Origin: Chrysemys picta bellii
Taxonomy: Eukaryota
Assembly (NCBI RefSeq): GCF_011386835.1
Contig: NC_088797.1
Span: 100,688,001 to 100,752,000 of the forward strand
DNA length: 64,000 bases
Direction: 5' to 3'
Below, in pieces: positions 40,291-52,841 of this stretch (its first letter is position 1; each line of letters starts with the position of its first letter). The position numbers were made by a program, and so were the translations under genes. The notes under the pieces are model-generated. The model did not search any database, had not been told where the DNA came from, and saw only the letters and a list, made by a program, of their open reading frames with translations.

Positions 40291-43200
40291 GTCTGTATCA
40301 GAAGGAAAAGCTCTTAACCTGCTAAAACAAACAAATGGAATTAAGCAACTTGGCCCTGCTACTATATGAACATTCAGAAGCAGTTAAGGAACCAGTGTGA
40401 TCCCAACAGTACAAACCGGGGGTGAGGGGGGAGGAGCAAATAAGGGATTCAATTGAAGGGGCAGCTGTTTTTTCCACCATTTCTTCAGTTCCTCCAACAA
40501 CCCACCAGCATCACGCTTGCCTTGTCTGGGTTAAATTTCAGCCAACTGGTTCTGATCCACATCCCAATCTCAGCCAGACACCCGGAAAGCTGAAATCCTT
40601 ACTATTGGTGTCAGATGACACCCAGATATAGAACCAAATGTCATCAATATATTGAAGCCCACTCTGTGCATATAAGAGCTAAGTATTATCATCATCCTCA
40701 TCATCTCCCATAGTAGTCTCACAAACACATTGAGAAAGAAGGTAAAATAATAGAGTGGAGACGAAACCTACAGGATAGTTCTTTGGGGCAGACAAACAAA
40801 TACTCATTCGTCCTCTCTCAGCATTTTCTAAACAAACAAACAAACAAAACAAGCCACTAAAGTGCAAATTTCTCTATTTCTGCCAGTGTCTGTAACTGCA
40901 TTAACACCACCTTGTGGTCAAAAATATCAAAGGGTCCTAAAAGATCTAAATAAAGCATCAACACCGCCTGATCTGAGACCACCAACTTAGTTTATATAGG
41001 CCACCTTACCCTTCCATGATAAATGACTTTCAGTCTCCACTAGCTGGGGCAAGATCTGAATTGATGGACTAGAGAGAAAAAGCGCTGTACCAACCCCATG
41101 AGTCATCAAGCCCCTTCCTTAAATATATATACACACATTAAAATTTAACACACCATGCCCACACAGATAGCATGGCGTCATTGCTAGTGGTTCTGTTGTC
41201 ATTCAGAATTCCATCCAAAGCAGAGATTAAATCTCTTGTCTAGGCATGAAAACAAATATTGATCATAACCAAAATTGTACAACTTACTGTCAGAGTAAAA
41301 AATTAATTTTCTGTAAAGTTATACATGAATCTAGTAAGTGGCTTACTATTTGAAAGGAGTTCAAAATGAAATTTTAAGGTTGGTGTTTATTTTTTCTGAC
41401 CTTCGCCCCCCACTCTAAACTTACAAATAAATAGCCTTGTTTTTAACACCTCAAACTCCAGATGCAGCTTTAAACAAAATCTCATACATAGGAAAATAGA
41501 ACAACAAAGTAATTAGTAATCTTTTGTGAGAGAAATGAAGATGTATACAGAGAGGAGGTCAAAGCTCCATAAAGCAGGCTGCATGCTTCCAAAGATCTCC
41601 GGGACATCCCAAAACAGACACCTTTGCCAGACATGCACCTAAAATGAGTGCAGGAAGAGAACCCCACTGCCATACTCTGCCTAAAGTCTGCAGCACAGGA
41701 GCTCCTCCAAGATGCGTAGGTAAAGAAGAGGTGATTTGTAGAAAGAGAGGTGAACAAAAAGGGACAGCATTGACTGCATAAGAAAGGATTATGCTCCTAG
41801 CACATGTTTTGGCTGTAAAATTCTAGATATTCTTTCAATACACCCATCATTAATTCTAGTCACACAGTCAAAGATATCATTATAGATTTCCTAAGAATTT
41901 ATAAATATGGCATGTGTGTCAAAATTCAGGCTGTTATTCGAATGTGCAAGGTGATATTTTTATGGCAATGTTGTCATTAACCAAATGTCTGCATTTCAAG
42001 GGTAACAGACTATTTATACAAACTACCACTACTGATCATTTCTATTCTTTTTAACGCTTAAGGTTTTTACTTTTAAGTTTTGGTATAATATTTTGCAAAA
42101 GGATAATATAATTTACTACAGCAATAAACTGTAAATTAGTGTATTTTTGTGGGTGATATATACACATCTATACATACCCATAGATACACATTTGAGAGAA
42201 AATAAGGTAGTTTCATTTATATTAATAGTGCTTTACATATTATGCTTTTACTTTGCCAATAATTTGTTGCCAAATGTCCATTTTAGTCTTTAATTAGCCT
42301 TTAGGTAGATATTCAATACAATATCATAAATCTATTTCAAGATTCCATGCCAAATAAGAGTAATTAATTCAAACTACCTAACAGTGAGACTAACAGAATA
42401 CTGTAGTCTTGTTGCATTACACATCTGGCATTACAAAAGTATCACTTTTTCGATTATATAGAAATCCTAGTATAAAATCTGCCAACCTCTACACCCATAA
42501 ACGTTTTTTTAATAGGTGTTGACACAGGGCTTTTAGAAGTACGTCATTTCTATTGTATAAGTTTAACACTCAAAGAAAATACTAGGTACAAAAGTTTAAT
42601 TACTGTGCAGAGTAAACATTTACTGCATTACCTCAATGAATGTGATAAAGCTATTATATTATATTATGAAATTGCTTTAAATAAATTTAAAATAAATTGC
42701 CAATGATGACACAGAAACTGTAATTCATGTAGTCATAAAATCCATAATTAGCTCTAATGAATATTTAAAGTCAAAGTTCAACCCAACTTTTTCAATGTTT
42801 AACCTACTATATCAATATAGTTCAAGGAATCCATTTATCATTGAACATGACAATGTCTGAATATTAATTAGCATAGGCCACTGCTGACAGGAAGTCCTTA
42901 TCTCTTACAACCCTTTTGACTATAGTGCATGTCAACAATATGTTTGTCACGTCTGATATTATTGATTACCTGCCTGTTTTGCTAAAAACAATTAAAAATA
43001 TTTTACATATTTATAAACCTGACTGTCAAGAGTGCTTATTAATTTTCCATTAGTAAAATGCAGTCTATTAGCTGCCATATTTCAGTCAGAGGAAAAGAAC
43101 CAAATAAGCAATTGCAATAACTCTAGACAGGAAGACAATAATTTTACATAAACACACTCTTATGGGATAGCAAAGGGGTTACTTTGTCTGGTTTCATTTG

Positions 43201-45589
43201 CGTAACAATGAAGTTGGAGAGGCCTCAGATGGAAAATTATTACGTTTAAAAACGAAGACAGATAATGGCTCTCTTACTTTCCTTAAGAAAGACATTTATT
43301 TATTTTTTACTGATAATGAAAAGTATCCAAGGATGTAAATAACACTGCTATCTTTTCGTATGGAGTAAAAATCAGGGATTGCTCTGAGAGGACACAGTGG
43401 AACCCTGTTTCAGTGAAACTCCATTTCTATTGCCAAATTCTGGTCCAATAAATGAATAACCCCTATGCCCGTGCACATATGTAACTCTGCTTTTGCAATA
43501 ATGTGCACCTGTATTTTGGCCAGCGGCAGCCCCATGCACACTTCACTTTCACTGAGGCAGCACACAACACTCTCCACAACAAGGTGCACTACTCCTCGCA
43601 GGTACAAAAATATTTGGTGTGGGAGGGTGTGCATAGGCGTCACCAGTTAGGGCATGTATATACAAAAACAAACAGACTGCACACCTGGCTCTGGAACACC
43701 CTCCACAGTTCCTGTTACATAGGGTATGTATCAAAACCTTCTAATGGAACTTGCAGGAGCCAGGCTTGAGTGAAAAACTTCTGCCACACACTCCTTCTGC
43801 TGTGGTTAGGTTTTCTGGTAGGCACTAATACACATTGACAGTAATAATTAGTACTAATATAGTATTTTAAAACAATCTTTTAATTAAGTAGATGGAAAGC
43901 TCAATGCACTGCAATTCCTGTTATTGCAAACCTTCCCTTAAGCTGAAGTTGTTCTGTGCAATAAATAAATAAATAAATCTGTGTATGCCAGTCTAATTTC
44001 CATTTCAATTCAATGGAACTATTCAGGTATTTAAAGTTAAGCACATGCAAATATATTTGCAGGATTGGGGCTGTACATTGTTTAGCCATGCAGCAGTTGC
44101 TTGTATTACCACCATGTAATATCTATATATATTTACATTAATGAAAATAAAAGCAATTCCAAACTCCTATTAGAAAATCATATAGGGTTTATTCTAAATT
44201 GCACAATAGTTGTGACAAACTACATGGAAACATCTATTCTAAATTAGTTCAATTGATTCTTACAATGTAATTCTGATATAATTTTCATTTTCTAAGACGT
44301 GAACAAAAGAAAAGATGTAAGAACAGGCTTATTCTACTACATTTGAATAGAAAATGACAAAGTAACTACAAATAATGAGCAATATAAAAGTATATATTTG
44401 TCAACTGTGTTCATAGTCCACTTGATCCAGTATGTCTAAATTAACACTCAATGTCTATTACTCATTCAAGGTGGATAAAACTGACTGGGTACACAGATCA
44501 ACTCATTAAAAAATAATCTGTCACTTTTTATTTGCAAACAAATTAGGTGTCCAGCAATTTATCATTTCCTGAATTAGACTTATCAGCCAAAGTACATATA
44601 ATTAAACTGCTATTGTGCTTTTTTTGCATGAGGCCTTGTCTATCTGAAATGTAGACAAGTTCCATTTGGAACTTAAATGGACCAAACAATTTCTAACAAC
44701 ACAGTTATTTCAGATCCATACAACCCCGATATAAACTTTAGTTCATCAGTATTTGAACAATTATACTTTTAAGGAGATGTAAAAATACAGTAGACTGCAA
44801 ATATCCAGTGACAATTCAAACATTTAAAAACAGTCACATGACAAAATGAAAATAAATGGGGCCAAAAAGGTTGGCTGCTAACAACTACAGTTTACAGCAT
44901 GTGTATATTCAGAATCCCCATTGTAGACAATTTTGATAAAGAAGGAAGAGGGCTCTGGTTTTTAGCATTGATTATGATATTACATAGGTAGTCTATTTTT
45001 TGTATTTATAGCTTCAAATTATACAACCAACTCACACAAAAATTACAGATAGTTCATACATAACAGTTTTCCTAACGTGAAATGAAAAAAAAAGCCCCAT
45101 CCTACCAAGAGCTATGCACTTGTTTAACTTTATACATGTGAGTAATCCCACTGGCTTAAATGGGACTGTTCACATGGGTAAAGTTATACTTCTGTGTAAT
45201 TTACGACAATATTTAGGCTCAGGATTCTATTTTTTTCAACCATGAAATCTAAAAGAATGGCACATGTCATAATATGTGCCTAGTATCTGTGATAAAGGAC
45301 AGCTACAAGGTCATATCTTATAGCAGTGTACAACTGATTGCCTAGTTGCCAATATACAGGAGCCCTAATCATGGCCCAGGACCCCATTGAGATACGTGCT
45401 GTACAAACACAGAACAAACACTGTCCCCAACCCAAAGATTTTGTAATCCAAGTGTAAAACAACAGACAACAAATGAATCAAGACATTTTCCCCAGGAACA
45501 ATTTCTCAATTAAGTTAATGGGGTGAGGACCATATAGCCCTCAGCTAACCAGATGGTTGTGCACAGAGCTGGTGAAAAAGAGGTGAAAC

Positions 45590-45970
45590 AACAAACCGCC
45601 CAGCAACTGAAGGTAGTGCAGGATGTGGTGGCCCACTTGGTAAGTGGAGTATTTTACTTCAAGCATATTGAAGCAGTACTCCCCCAAAGTACACTGGCTA
45701 CCTGTATGTTTCTGGGTGAAATTTAAGGTATTGGGTTTGATCTTTAAAGCTCTACAAGGCTTGTGACCTAGTGACCACCTCTCTCATTACACCACTCTTC
45801 TGTAGTTGAGATCAACACAGACTCTGCCCCACGGGTATAAATAAATAAAGGCTGCTGGCAAGGTGTTCTCTGTGAGCACCCCACCGCTTTGGTATTTGCT
45901 CCCCACCACACGCCTTGGTCTGAAATTACTCCAATCTGATGACCTTCAGGGCATGTTACAAAGCTCACTG
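45590..45970 (+). mobile_element. Old L2-like LINE 3' fragment
   Basis: QQLKVVQDVVAHL…HWLPV…FKVLGLIFKAL-like remnant. Confidence 0.5.
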
Positions 45971-48499
45971 TTTGCCCCCTGACAACTGAAGATGGGGGTG
46001 AAAGTGGTAATAATGGTGTAGAGTGCAGAACTGTTCATAGGGGAGAGGGATTTGAGTTTTTAAATTGCCAGGCTCACGACTGCTGGATTATTGTAAACTG
46101 TTCTGCTGCATTTAGGGAGTATTTTTACATTATGTCCAGGATGCTGCCTAGAGCCTATGGATACACTTTTTAGCATTTCTATAAATCCAAATAAACAACA
46201 GTAAAACCAGTTGAGACCCCACCACCCACCCTCTTCACACAACTCCCCTCCTGCAGCAGGCTTCCTCTTGTCCGAAGTTTTCTTTTTGAGGGAGGGAAGA
46301 GGCCCAGTGCCCTGTGTTTACAGAGAGGACAGCAGGCTATTAAAACACCCATGGTAACTTCAAGGGCATCTCTTCCAATTTCTATATCAAGTCTCCTGTT
46401 CAATTAACTGATTTTCTCTCTGTGGCAGGTTGGTGTCTCCAGAGTATGCCCCCTCATGGACTGGGGTGGCCCTGCAGGCATCCCATCCTCCGTTCTCTCC
46501 TGGATCTCCCAATAACTTTCCACAGTCCAAAGTACTTAAAAGAACATTTCTCCTGCTGGGAGCAGGGTGTGTATTTAATTTGCTGAATCTTTACAAACAA
46601 TTCTTTTAGCCCAAACCCTTTCCCTTAGTCAAGGGATCCCAAAGCCCTCCTTCATGAGGGTGAACTCTGCTTCAGGCCAGCTTCTTCCGGATGGCCCCTT
46701 TAAATTACCCTTAGCCAGTTCCACCTGGACTAGCAGCAAAGTCTTTCAAAACAAACAGACTGCAGAACATAACATAACAAAATTTGTTTCTTCCCCAAGT
46801 ATCTCGGCCGGTTGTTATCTTCCAGCCTTGTTCCATGGCTTGGACATCAGGGCTCATCACCTCAGTCCTTTCTCCCCTTATATACTGCCTTATTTCACAG
46901 ACCTTGTCATAGTTGGGTGAGAGATAGGGGAGCCTTTCCTCTCCCTACATTACAAAGCTCCTCATCCCAGGTCCTTATAGAAACAGGAACGTGGGTTTTA
47001 CCCAGACTCTATTACCACTAGACTACTTCCTCTCTCCCAGCATCTGCCTCTTCCATTCCCTAGGCCCTCATCTGCTCCGGAACTCCAAAATCTTAAAGGA
47101 TTATGACTTGGAACAGGGGTTGGCTGTCCCTGGTCCCCACTACCCCTTAAAGGGGACAAACCACCCTACTATACTCCCCAATCTCCCTTCCTCCAATCTC
47201 TCTTCCCCTCGCCCTCCCCCCAAATTATTTCCTTCTAATTCCCTGTCCCTTACTCCCCAAACTGATTCTTTACCCATATCTTTGAGAAGTCCCTTATTGA
47301 GCAATATTAGCTAGTCATTGTACCTTGCATTCTTCTTTTTCAGAGGAACTACAATCTGTTTCATCTTAAGAGTGCATCAATACTGGGATTCTGCACCATT
47401 TGTTGAGGAATTGGGGAAGCTGCAGTGAAAATGGGGCGCAGGTATTTTTACTATCATGTCATCAAACCTTGATGATATGATGCGAAAGACTGCTGCACTC
47501 ATTTTCTAGTAACTCTTCCACCATTGCTAGAACCAGTGGAAAGTCATTAGTGTTAGGCAAATGGTGAGAATTGTCCTAGTATTGGCAAAGCCTAATTATC
47601 GTGTGTTTTATGATGGAAATTTTAATGGTGAGCCCGGTAGCACCATAATTCTGTATTTTGTGAAATCTACTTCTTCCTATGATGAATTCACATAGATACT
47701 GGTCACCAGTTCCAAGCCTCCCTTTTATTCCCACTTTCTTAATTATTTCTTATTAGTAAGAAATAGATCCAGTGGTTTTTGAATTAAAGTTTTTTTCTAG
47801 GTAACTCAGTAACTTTTCTGATGTTACCTCTGGCTATGTTTGTTACTGAACAGATGGGTAGTTGAAATCTTCCATGCAAAATACCCTGTACTTTTGACTG
47901 CATAAGGTTGGTCCAGTAATTTAGTATCTTGCATATTTCCAGTCCTGATGAGTCGTATGTAATTATCCAGTGACATTTCTCCTTTATTTCTCATCTCTTC
48001 TATCCACACCCAAAGAACTTTACTGACACAATCTACCTTGTGTTGTAATTTGCTGGCAATGTAAATACCTTTGACATGTTACACTATTCCTCCACTTTCC
48101 CTTCCTTTTTATGTCACCACCATAGTTGTGATACATCTACAACCAGGGCTTATTAAGCTATTAAGAATAATATTCACTATGGATTTAGTCCAATTTTTTT
48201 TGTATCTGAATCATTCACAAACCATTTCTGATTTTTGCTCATGTATTTATTATTCATAAATAAGTATTCATGTAATACTTTCAATAAATAATTGTTCTTT
48301 ATGTTGTACAGTTAATTTTCTAAGTTGCATGGCATTAATTCAGCACACTGGATGCCTGAAGTTTTTAAATAGGAGGACAGCAAAAGTCTTAAATCCATCC
48401 GGAAACTGCAGTTGGTGCAGAATGCAGTGGCCAGTCTGCTAAAAAACACCTTTTTCTCATGAGCATATTAACCTAAAAGATTTTTAAAGTAAGAGAGAA

Positions 48500-48690
48500 A
48501 GGATGTTCCAGTTGTTAGGGCAGTACCCTGGCTCCAAATCCTTGCTCCACCTGTGTGATGTGCCTCATTTTCCAATCTCTAAAATGGGGAATATGTACTT
48601 CCCTACCTCACCAGGACAGTGTGTGGGTTATGAAGCTATATACACAGATTGTGACGTGCTTAAAGATTATGATAACAGGCGCCACATAAG
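48500..48690 (+). mobile_element. Old MIR/CORE-like SINE fragment
   Basis: …GTGCCTCATTTTCCAATCTCTAAAATGGGGAATATGTACTTCCCTACCTCACC… resembles the MIR core. Confidence 0.5.
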
Positions 48691-49836
48691 TATAAGGTAA
48701 GTTAACAAACTGGGGCTTTATGATCTCCACTGGCTGTCTACTTTCTGGGTTGACCTACAAAGCCCATTGCCTGGAAAGGAGTTCTCCGTTAGGGCTCTTA
48801 GTCTTTAGAATGTGTTTCAACTCTTGGTCTATCACTGAATTTGTTAATCTTCAATGCATACCCTAAGGCCCAACTTTTCCTCCATCCTTGTCCATAAGGA
48901 GATAGATGATTGTTGAGTAGGGTGTATGTGTATGGGGTGTGTGTGTGTGTGGATAGGGGTTAACTTTGGTGTAAACTCTGGTTGGGATTTTGTGCAGAGA
49001 TTAATTTTTGTTATATTTATATTGTTATTGTGTTGTTTGATCTGATTTTAGGGTAATAGATGGGTCTGTTTGTTTTTCACTATAAAGATTGTAGAGGGCA
49101 TGCAAAACATTGCTTGGGTACTCTTATTGTGAAGTACAAAAAATCTAGAGAAATTAATCTAATAAACAACAAATTTAAAATAAATGTTTTCTTACTTAAA
49201 TATTGAGTTTCACAAAATACACCATGCAGTTTTATGCATTATATTTTGAGTTCCACCAAATGTACTATGCAGAACATGAAACCTCAATAGATTGTACAGA
49301 TCTTGAGGTTCTCCAGAGAAGTGTCTTTCCCACAACCCAACAAAAACTGATAATGGATTGAGCCTACCTTGTCCATTTGCTAGCTACCCATAACCTATGT
49401 CACCAATGTGGCATTCAGCCTCATTTTAACACTTTTAATAGCAAAACCTTGGGACTTTAGAAATAATATGACAATAGCAGGCATTCACTCATATATAAAG
49501 GAGGTGTTGCCAGTTTGCTAACAGTTCAAACTGCCACAAAACTAATTAATTGAGCAGTGAAATGCTTAGTCATGCAATATGCACAATCTGTGGCCAGAAG
49601 CAGGACAATTTTATATATATATATATCCTGTTTAATAATATTTTCTGTGTAGTTCAATACCTGAAACTGAATATTCCACATTTGGATACTGAAGGTACTT
49701 TTTCATTATATTTGGTCAAGATGACCCATCAAAACTCCCTTGTGACCCCACAAATCATATATTATGTGACCAGCTAATTCTCAGAATATAACAATACATT
49801 CACTACATTAAGCTATATATTCTTTGTTCAAACAAT

Positions 49837-50168
49837 CAATTTAGGATTGAATAAGGACTGGGAATGGCTGAGCCATTACAAACATTGAATCTATCTCCCC
49901 TTGTAAGTATTCTCACACTTCTTATCAAACTATCTGTACTGGGCTATCTTGATTATCACTTCAAACGTTTTTTTTTCTCTTACTTAATTGGCCTCTCAGA
50001 GTTGGTAAGACAACTCCCACCTGTTCATGCTCTCTGTATGTGTGTATATATATCTCCTCAATATATGTTCCATTCTATATGCATCCGAAGAAGTGGGCTG
50101 TAGCCCACGAAAGCTTATGCTCTAATAAATTTGTTAGTCTCTAAGGTGCCACAAGTACTCCTGTTCTT
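49837..50168 (+). mobile_element. 5'-truncated Penelope-like element (endonuclease C-terminus, 3' region and pseudo-LTR)
   Basis: Begins with AAT TTA GGA TTG AAT AAG GAC TGG GAA TGG CTG AGC CAT TAC AAA CAT TGA (NLGLNKDWEWLSHYKH*), resembling a PLE GIY-YIG C-terminus; pseudo-LTR shared with 7490-7587; 14-bp flanking duplication TTTGTTCAAACAAT at 49823-49836 and 50169-50182. Confidence 0.82.
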
Positions 50169-50971
50169 TTTGTTCAAACAATGAGCCATTGGCTTGTATA
50201 CATGCTTGTTGATTCTGTATATACTTATAAACAATAAAACAAAATAATTTCACTGAAGAGTATAGTAATTATCTAGCAATCGTTTAGACTAGGATAGATT
50301 GGAATCCCTGTTTAGGTCTACAAAAGTTCTTACAAACTTTGTGTGATTTCACCACCCTCAGTCTGTTTTTCCCCATATGGGCATTTCAACAAGAGAACAT
50401 GATGCCATGTCTGAAGATCTGCACTGACTTAGGAGCCTAGTCCTGGAGTCATTACAAAGAGACCTGCCAACATCCCCCTCTCTTTGAGGGGAATTCAGCT
50501 CAAGTATTTCTGCTGACTGCAGTTGTCAGTGGGTAAATTTGCAAAAGCACTTAAAATCACATTGATTTTTATTTTTATGATTTAAAGAAAATTAATGAAC
50601 AAAATGTGTGCTCTTGTATTAACGTGAAACATTTCTAACACCTTCCAGGTATACTTTCTTTGCTATATCAAAGTAGCAAATGCAAACTCACATTCCATTT
50701 TCAAAAAGAGTTTTTATGATTCAGTTCTTTAAAAAGAACTGAACAAATTAATGAATGGAATTATAACTGTGCATAAAAGTATTTGATAAGTAAATGAATA
50801 ATCCATCCGCCATCTATTGAAATGCAAAAGAATATCATCTATGCCTGTTGATACTAACATTCACACAAATTTTAATCAATTCAGTAAAATCACATGAGTT
50901 CTTCTCCTTAAAGAGATATTACTTACAGATAGGTATAACCCATAGAATAAAACAGAATATTCAATAGCTAA

Positions 50972-51275
50972 GGGTAAGTCTACACTACCCGCCGGATCGG
51001 CGGGTAGTCATTGATCTATCGGGATCAATTTATCGCATCTACTGTAGACGCGATAAATCGATCCCCAATCGCTCTGCCGTTAACTCTGGAACTCCACCAC
51101 GGCGGGAGGTGGAAGTGGAGTTGTCGGGGGAGCAGCAGCCGTCAATCCTGCACCGCGAGGACGCGAAGTAAGTGATTCTAAGTCGATCTAAGATACGTCG
51201 ACTTCAGCTACGCTATTCTCATAGCTGAAGTTGCGCATCTTAGATCGATCCCTCCCCCCCAGCGTAGACCAAGTC
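50972..51275. mobile_element. PIF/Harbinger-type MITE
   Basis: Imperfect TIRs GGGTAAGTCTACACT and AGCGTAGACCAAGTC; TAA on both sides (50969-50971, 51276-51278), the Harbinger-type 3-bp TSD; several internal hairpins. Confidence 0.82.
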
Positions 51276-51959
51276 TAAGAATGGGAAAATTTGAATACCT
51301 AATAGTTAGGAAGGAAATGTTATCTAGCGATCAGAGCAGGATTCTATTCTCAGCTCAATCACTAGACTTACAGTGGAATCTTAAACAAATCACTTAATCT
51401 CTCTATTATTACTTACGGTGATATTTATATTACAGTAACACCAAGAGATACCAATCAGGATAAGTGGCCACACTGTGCCTGGTACTGTACAATCACACAG
51501 GAAGGCACAGTCCTATGCAGACTCCACGGGAGTTACAAAGGTGTAACTGGAGGCAGAGTTTGCAATAGGAATTCAGGGCTAAATTCTGAATTCATTTACA
51601 CCCAAGCAATCTCTTAATGGCTATGAGTAAGAGGGATGCAAGTCAGTAGAGAGTTTGGCCCTTATTTAATAATTCTGATGATGATGCATGAGTCAGAACA
51701 AAATCCAGCTCTTTTTTCTGCAGTTGTGTTGGCTCTTCAATGCAGGAAGAAAAAGGAACAAATGTATTTTTGTCAGTAAATGCAGCAGATATGACACTAA
51801 GCAGACACAGGGAACAGATCTATTGAGAAAGAAAGTGCTATTTTTAAAGTCACTTGGTAGTGTAAAACCTCACAGAGAGCCAAAAAAAAAAAAAAAGCGA
51901 GCAGTCATTGGTCCTTGAAAAACAAAGGGCTAAATATTTTATGAATACCTTGAACAGGT

Positions 51960-52841
51960 GTAACAAAGCAGAATTTATCACGCTGATACTGTTTGCTACG
52001 AAAAAATGCAGAACTTGCATTTTCACAGAGAATCTTTAGTTTTTACATTTTGTGAAAAAATAAATACACATATTAACTAGTAACTAAATTTAACTGAAAG
52101 TACCAGTGTCACTTATTCAACGTGGGTAACCTCCCCCCTCTTGTGGTTGATTTTTGAATGTGCTTTAAATTTACATAGTTTAACAATAAACTGCTTCCGG
52201 CGTTTAGAGGTTACTCAAAGGCGTACCATGGTTCGTGTTTTAATGCATCTCAAATTTCACTTCAGCCTCCAGACGTGAGTAATTAAAGTTATGAAAAGAT
52301 GCCGAAAACTTTTTAAATCACCTCTGAAGATCGTGTCGCTGAGTTTGGCAAGGACAAATTTCACGTTGATGGTAATGTGCTGTTCTGTACTGTATGCAGC
52401 AATGCTGTAGATTATGTTCAAAGGCAGACAATTGTAGAACACATGGAAAGTGCTAAACATAAACGGAATGAAAAGAAACTAAAACAAGAAGCTGAAACAG
52501 TAGGGCCATCGACAACAGTAAAGAAACATTGCAATGTGACTGGATCATTCCAGCGTTTTTGTGCATCTCAAAAAATTTTTTCCTGAAAATACAGAATACA
52601 GACATGGAAATATTTGGTACGTGTATGAAATAAAAATTGTAATTCTATTAATTTTATTATAATGATTGATGGCACTGATAGGCTTCAAACTTGCTTAAAA
52701 ATTATAAATATATCAATAAAATATTGGGTTAAACTGATAGCTATTGCTATTGTGGCTGGGGAAACTAATGTTCAGAGAATTTTTATGTTTTTTTTAATCA
52801 GAAAATTTTGGGTTTTTTTATCACGGAAAACTAGGATCCCT
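51960..52841 (+). mobile_element. Internally deleted hAT transposon with a CGGBP1-like zinc-finger coding remnant (52299-52586)
   Basis: ATG at 52299 gives MPKTF*ITSEDRVAEFGKDKFHVDGNVLFCTVCSNAVDYVQRQTIVEHMESAKHKRNEKK, which aligns with recalled CGGBP1 VTPLDRVTEFGGELHEDGGKLFCTSCNVVLNHVRKSAISDHLKSKTH; the right end …CACGGAAAACTAGGATCCCTG is hAT-like (CAGGG). Left end and TSD were not resolved. Confidence 0.7.
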
